64,000 bases of DNA from contig JBHGNT010000010.1 in assembly GCA_043228905.1 (NCBI GenBank), forward strand, positions 21,886,001 to 21,950,000. The letters run 5' to 3'. The notes beneath the pieces are model-generated. The model saw nothing but the letters and a program-made list of their open reading frames with translations, did no database searches and was not told the DNA's origin. The DNA comes from Azolla caroliniana (lineage: Eukaryota > Plantae > Polypodiophyta). A program made the translations under genes and the position numbers. Positions 59,901-64,000 of this stretch are shown piece by piece; position 1 is the first letter of the stretch, and the number at the start of each line of letters is the position of its first letter.

Positions 59901-62468
59901 TATGGTCCGGTTCATCCTCTCGGCCAGCCCGTTTAGTTCCGGCGTCTTCGGCACAGTAAACTCGAGCCGGATTCCCTTCGAGCGACAGTACTCCTGGAAC
60001 TGCCCCCGGTATTCTCCTCCGTTATCCGCTCGTATCGCTTTCAGCTTCTTGCCGGATTCCCTTTCCACTCTCGCGTGGAGTTCTTTGAAGACGGACAATA
60101 CTTGGTCCTTTGTCTTCAACGGTGCCGTCCACAGCTTCCGGCTGTGATCATCAATGAATGTTACGAAGTACTGGGTTCCGCCATGTGACTTCGTTTCTAC
60201 CTGACACACATCGGTGTGCACCAACTCCAATGGTGCGCTACGTCTCGTCGGTGGCCTTGAGTGGAAGGAGGTCCGGTTTTGCTTACCGGCCAGGCAGTCG
60301 GTGCACTTCTCCAGGTGCACATGCTTCACTGGAATGAGGTTGTCTTCTGCAAGCCTCTTCATCCCCTTCTCACTCATGTGGCACAGTCTTTTGTGCCGCA
60401 GCTCACCGGCAGTGTCGGCTGCCACATTCAGCTCTTCCAGACATAGCCGGGAATTCATCAGGTACAGTGTGTTGACCTTCCGGGCCCGAGCCACTATCAG
60501 GCTCCCCTTGCTGAACTTCATGACACCGTTCCGGATGCTACCCGTGTAGCCTTCATCATCTAGCCTCTCGGCCGAGATCAGGTTCAATCGGACCTCCGGA
60601 ACGTGTCGCACATCCTTCAGCAGCATCTTGCATCCGGTTGATGTCATCAGCCACACGTCTCCTATGCCGGCTATCCGGCACGTACCTTCATTTCCCATCC
60701 GGACACAGCCGTGCTCACCGGCTGTGTAGGATGAGAAGTATTTCTTCTCCGGGGTCAGGTGGAACGACGCTCCGGAATCGACCACCCAGGTCATCTCTAC
60801 ACCGGCAAGGTTCAGCTCCCTCTCTTCGGTAATAAGCATTATCTCTTCTTCACTTGCCGCGAGTGCCGTCGTTCCTTTCCGGTCCTGCCCTCGCCGATCC
60901 GGACCTCTCCGGTCCGTGGCTCCCCGGTATGCACCGTTTCTCTCCGGTGATTTCTTCGAATCGGTGTCGTCGGCTCCGTTGTCCTTTCGGTAATGCCGAC
61001 AATTCTTCCGGAAGTGCCCCGGCTTCCCACAGTGGAAGCATGTTGGCCTTCCTCTTGACTGCGACCGGGTCCCCGACTTCTCCCGTCTTTGCGGACTCCG
61101 GTTCCACTGTCTTCCCCGTTCCGATTCGGTAAGCAGCGCCTTCGAGTCGGAGACCGGTTCTTTATCTCTCCGACGCGCTTCTTCGTTCAAAATACTTGTC
61201 TTTACCGTTTGTAGAGACAAGTTATCTTCGGTGCAGGAGGTGCTGAGAGTCACCACCAAGTTCTCCCAGCTGTCCGGCAATGTACACATCAGGATGATGG
61301 CTTGCATTGCATCCTCCAACGGGAACTTGATCGCCGCAAGTTGGTTCACGAATCCCATGAACGTGCTTACGTGTTCCACCATACTCTCGCCGTCCCGGTA
61401 CTTGAGGTTCACTATCTTCCTCATCAGGGAGGTCCGGTTCAACGCATTCTTCCTCTCATAGAGGCCCGACAGCTTCCGCCACATCTCATATGCGTTGGTG
61501 TCGTTCGCCACATGCTGTAGAACGCTTACATCGACATATTGTCGGATCGTCGCTACGGCTTTCCGGTTCAGGAGCTTCCACTCCGACTCAAGTACCCCCT
61601 TCGGTATTTCCGACCTGTCAATCGGTTCGTACAGGTCCCGAACAATCAGAAGATCCTCCATCTTGATCTTCCAGTCGGCGTAATTCTGCGCATTCAGCAC
61701 CATCATGCCCGGAGGCCCACTACCGGCGCCTTCCATTTTCTGTGTTACCGTCGCTCTGATACCAGTTTGTTGAAATTCCGTGCTCGGCCACAACCGAGGA
61801 ACAGGATCGATTCGCAGAAAACGGGAAATACAAGAATGCACGAAGAACAACAGAGAGAAGAGCACACAGGATGTTTACGTGGAAAACCCTAAATGGGAAA
61901 AAACCACGGGAGTCCTCTAACTCCAACTATCACTATACACAGAGATGTACAATGGTGAGGCTACAAGGCAACAACCTTGAGCTCGCTGTCCTCGCCACAG
62001 GCGGCGGTATTACACAGAGGCGTCGACCTCTTCCTTCCTCTTTCTCTCTCTCACTCTCGCTCGGCTGCTCTCACTTCGCTCCCTCTTAGTGGACAACAGA
62101 AAAATGAGCAACAACGAAAACTGTTTGCCCTAAGTCATATTTATACATATATGACTTTCGGGCTATTTACAAGTATAGCCTCAAGGGCCCTTGGCAAACA
62201 TATTCACAAATATGTCTCCGCATCCGGATCTCTCTCCGGGTACATACGTCATCCGGCTCCGTAACCGGGGTCTTCAGCATCCGGCTCCGTAACCGGGGTC
62301 TTCAGCATCCGGCTCCGTAATCGGGGTCTTCAGCGTCCGGATCCGCAGCCGGGTACTCTTCATCCGGCTTCATGCCGGGTACTCTTCATCATATGGTTCC
62401 GTAGCAGCCTCCGGGCTTGCCGTCATTCATCTCCGGACATCCCATCCGGAGGGACCGAAATCCCAACA
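56952..62468 (-). mobile_element. Intact, very young Ty1/copia LTR retrotransposon (Tnt1/Tork-like)
   Basis: LTRs 56952-57652 and 61768-62468 (701 bp each; one C/T difference seen, 57505 vs 62321). TSD TTATC on both sides. PBS-Met TGGTATCAGAGC at 61764-61753. PPT GAAGGGGGAGTT next to the 3' LTR. Confidence 0.97.
57663..61736 (-). CDS. Copia Gag-Pol polyprotein, 1357 aa, uninterrupted
   Basis: Zinc knuckle CFHCGKPGHFRKNC. Protease WVVDSGASFH. HHCC: HKRLCH..CTDC. Integrase: HTDVC, RADNGGEY, AERMNRT, GKLDPK. RT: QMDVKTAFLHG, SLYGLKQAPRQW, LYVDDML. RNase H: FTDSD, TTEAEY, YCDSQSA, SDMLTK. Confidence 0.96.
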   Translation of the reverse strand: MEGAGSGPPGMMVLNAQNYADWKIKMEDLLIVRDLYEPIDRSEIPKGVLESEWKLLNRKAVATIRQYVDVSVLQHVANDTNAYEMWRKLSGLYERKNALNRTSLMRKIVNLKYRDGESMVEHVSTFMGFVNQLAAIKFPLEDAMQAIILMCTLPDSWENLVVTLSTSCTEDNLSLQTVKTSILNEEARRRDKEPVSDSKALLTESERGRQWNRSPQRREKSGTRSQSRGRPTCFHCGKPGHFRKNCRHYRKDNGADDTDSKKSPERNGAYRGATDRRGPDRRGQDRKGTTALAASEEEIMLITEERELNLAGVEMTWVVDSGASFHLTPEKKYFSSYTAGEHGCVRMGNEGTCRIAGIGDVWLMTSTGCKMLLKDVRHVPEVRLNLISAERLDDEGYTGSIRNGVMKFSKGSLIVARARKVNTLYLMNSRLCLEELNVAADTAGELRHKRLCHMSEKGMKRLAEDNLIPVKHVHLEKCTDCLAGKQNRTSFHSRPPTRRSAPLELVHTDVCQVETKSHGGTQYFVTFIDDHSRKLWTAPLKTKDQVLSVFKELHARVERESGKKLKAIRADNGGEYRGQFQEYCRSKGIRLEFTVPKTPELNGLAERMNRTIMERVRSMLAHAKLPKGFWAEAMSTATYVINRSPSVPLDGDTPQKVWTGKEVSYRHLKVFGCLAYVHVAKDRRGKLDPKTRPCIFLGYGDDEFGYRVWDPVDKKIFRSRDIIFMEDKTLADWESEKKMKSSKSTGEDKLYVEQSRPARDRLALEDPAEDGEETEPAEEDENDTGTGPDPEIDSEEEESEEPVTEAPERRYPLRERRAPRRFPEPEHVLLTDEGEPESFEEAKHDTQSRRWLSAMQDEMDSLHENHTYELMELPKGKRALRNKWVFKLKPGDAGNPPRYKARIVVKGFQQKKGVDFDEIFAPVVKMTSIRTVLSIAASMDLEVEQMDVKTAFLHGDLEEEIYMQQPEGFEKKGKEHLVCRLKKSLYGLKQAPRQWYRKFDSFMTDEGYLKTQSDHCVFVKKFEGGDFLILLLYVDDMLIVGRDQVKIRMLKKALHRTFSMKDLGPARQVLGMHIIRDRSKKQLWLSQEKYVTKVLQRFNMSEARPVGSTLPANCKLSSKQSPRTKAEKEDMMKVPYASAVGSLMYAMVCTRPDIGYAVGVVSRYMSNPGKEHWNAVKWILRYLKGTANVCVRFGFGKPELDGFTDSDMSADADTSRSTSGYVMTYAGGAVSWQSRLQKTVALSTTEAEYMAAVEAGKEIIWMKDFIRELGIRQEEYRLYCDSQSAIHLAKNAAYHSRTKHIQRRYHWIRERIEDKEFVLTKIHTNENGSDMLTKVLTPDKLEACRKRIGLERHPMPK

Positions 62469-63246
62469 TTATCAATGTTTTGTAACTTATTCTCTCTGTG
62501 TTGTTTCAATTCTAAGATGTATCTAATAGTTTAGGGAGGGTGGGAGAGGAAAAAAGTATGTCTTGGTATTTTGCCCTTATCTCGGCATAGGTGGGGCATT
62601 TGCATGTAAAATGGTACTCATCCTCTATCTCTATGTGGCTCACCATTCAAAATCATCTGCTTGCAACAAATTGTTTTAGGGACCTCATGAAGATATGAGT
62701 TTTCATTATATGGGTTTTCTCAATGGTTAAATGGGTTACACATTATTGGTGATAACATCCTCAAAAAATTGGAAGCATCACACTCTATGGAACCCAAACA
62801 AGCTTTATAAGATAGTGTCACCCCATTAATGTCAAATCTTTAGGTAGATGTGGCTCCAACAAATAGTTAAGATCTCGCTCCTATATTTCAGTAGAGAGAA
62901 AATGTATGTGCCTTGAAACGAGCTCGGTGTAGTCCCACTTGGAGAATTTATCTGATGTTGAACGAGCAATCTCACTCATTGCGTTGTTTTATTGACTTTG
63001 CCACGACACCACTTTTTCAACTCAGCATGTGTCACAATTAACAATGGTGGTCATACCCCATTGTATACTTCATAAGAATTTTTTGTACCTTTGGCTAGGT
63101 TTCCTTTAAGAAGGGTTGTGCTTCCTCCCAATACATCCATCATAGGTAGCAAGACTTGGACTATCAATGTATGGAGATATCTAATCTTTGTTTACCATGT
63201 TTGGAGGTTTCCCGTCAAACATTTTGCCAATTTCCTCCTTTCCACC

Positions 63247-64000
63247 TGTTGAGAATCGAACTCAACTTCCCCAATGAAGTGCTTTCACACTAGCAGTGGA
63301 CACACTATGCTAGTTTTGTAAATAACAGAAAGGGCAGTTGTCTTAGACTAGTTGGTATTTAAACCAACCTTTTGTAACTTAGTTATTGTTGGATGTAATC
63401 ATACTTTTCACTAGCATAGCTTCTTGTTCTAAGCTCTCTCTCACTCTCTGTTTTGTCTTACGTACAACTCACACAATTTACTTCCGTTGCACAACATCAC
63501 TTATGCCTCTCATTTCTTTAAGTGGTATCAGAGCGTGTGGTTTTTTGATTGAGCTTATTCAACTGTGTTGTGCTACACACCGGCGATCAACAGAACCAGT
63601 TCAACAACAGAGAAGAAATTGACATCATGAATACTCATATGGGAAGCGCTCTTCCCACGGAGAAGCTCGATAGGACAAACTTCGCATCTTGGGAATACAA
63701 TATGCATCAATACCTTGTCCAACAAGGTTATTGGAGCTATGTTGAGGGAGCTCATGAAACGCAACCCAACCCAACACACACCGACTACCCAACCTGGGAG
63801 TAGACCACAAGCCGTGTGTTGTATTGCCTTGAATCATGCGTTCATGATCACATGCTCGGTTACATTTGAGAGGCGAAAATGCCAAAGGATGCTTGGGTCA
63901 ACCTCAAGAAAATCTTTGCTGCCAACATGGCTGCATGTAAGCTCCAACTCCGACAGGAGTTAAATAATATGCAACAGAGGGACATGTCAATCACCGGCTA
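63247..64000 (+). mobile_element. 5' end of another decayed Ty1/copia element (LTR, PBS, gag with stops), running off the window
   Basis: Probable LTR TGTTGAG... at 63247-63520. PBS TGGTATCAGAGC at 63523-63534. gag reads MGSALPTEKLDRTNFASWEYNMHQYLVQQGYW...WE*...DAWVNLKKIFAAN..KLQLRQELNN. Confidence 0.85.

Larger units (their letters stand above)
56478..62640 (-). mobile_element. Second copy of the same LINE 3' end (56478-56951 plus 62469-62640), split by the intact copia
   Basis: 56525-56951 and 62469-62640 are colinear with ~54378-55035. Tail (GA)n(GAAA)n at 56437-56478. Confidence 0.85.

Noticed and set aside
61737-61865. 43-aa N-terminal extension of the 1400-aa ORF
   Set aside because: It runs through the 5' LTR and PBS from a non-ATG start. 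The ATG at 61736 after the PBS is the plausible start.
57678-61892. Many overlapping + strand ORFs of 60-185 aa
   Set aside because: They are antisense shadows of the GC-rich copia polyprotein.

Overview
Eukaryotic land-plant genomic DNA. A fern is plausible from the retroelement types and microsatellite load, but that is inference. The first ~31 kb is gene-rich, with five genes I could reconstruct from GT-AG sites and phase: a peroxisomal ACX3-like acyl-CoA oxidase (-, 3' end off-window), an intronless GIL1/IRK-interacting-like gene (-), NADH-cytochrome b5 reductase (+), a small conserved plant protein of unknown function (+) and a BTB-NPH3 (NRL) gene (-). The 32-43 kb stretch is decayed AT-rich DNA containing a receptor-kinase remnant. 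The 43-64 kb stretch is a retroelement nest. It holds a copia fragment split by a solo LTR, and a truncated copia carrying a solo LTR plus a pol-less LTR element with a tRNA-Trp primer site, a 4-bp TSD and a long repetitive Gag-like ORF. It also holds a stack of RTE-like LINE pieces separated by (GA)n tracts, a very young intact Tnt1-like copia (701-bp LTRs, one difference seen, TTATC TSD) and the start of another copia. The most unusual signals are: (1) two copies of a short element made of two convergent tRNA-like (A/B-box) heads; (2) the Trp-primed non-autonomous LTR element; (3) a LINE 3' hairpin with a compensatory base-pair change; (4) strong CCGG enrichment in the young copia; (5) a duplicated splice acceptor leading to a stop codon in an ACX intron. 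All coordinates and counts were made by eye.
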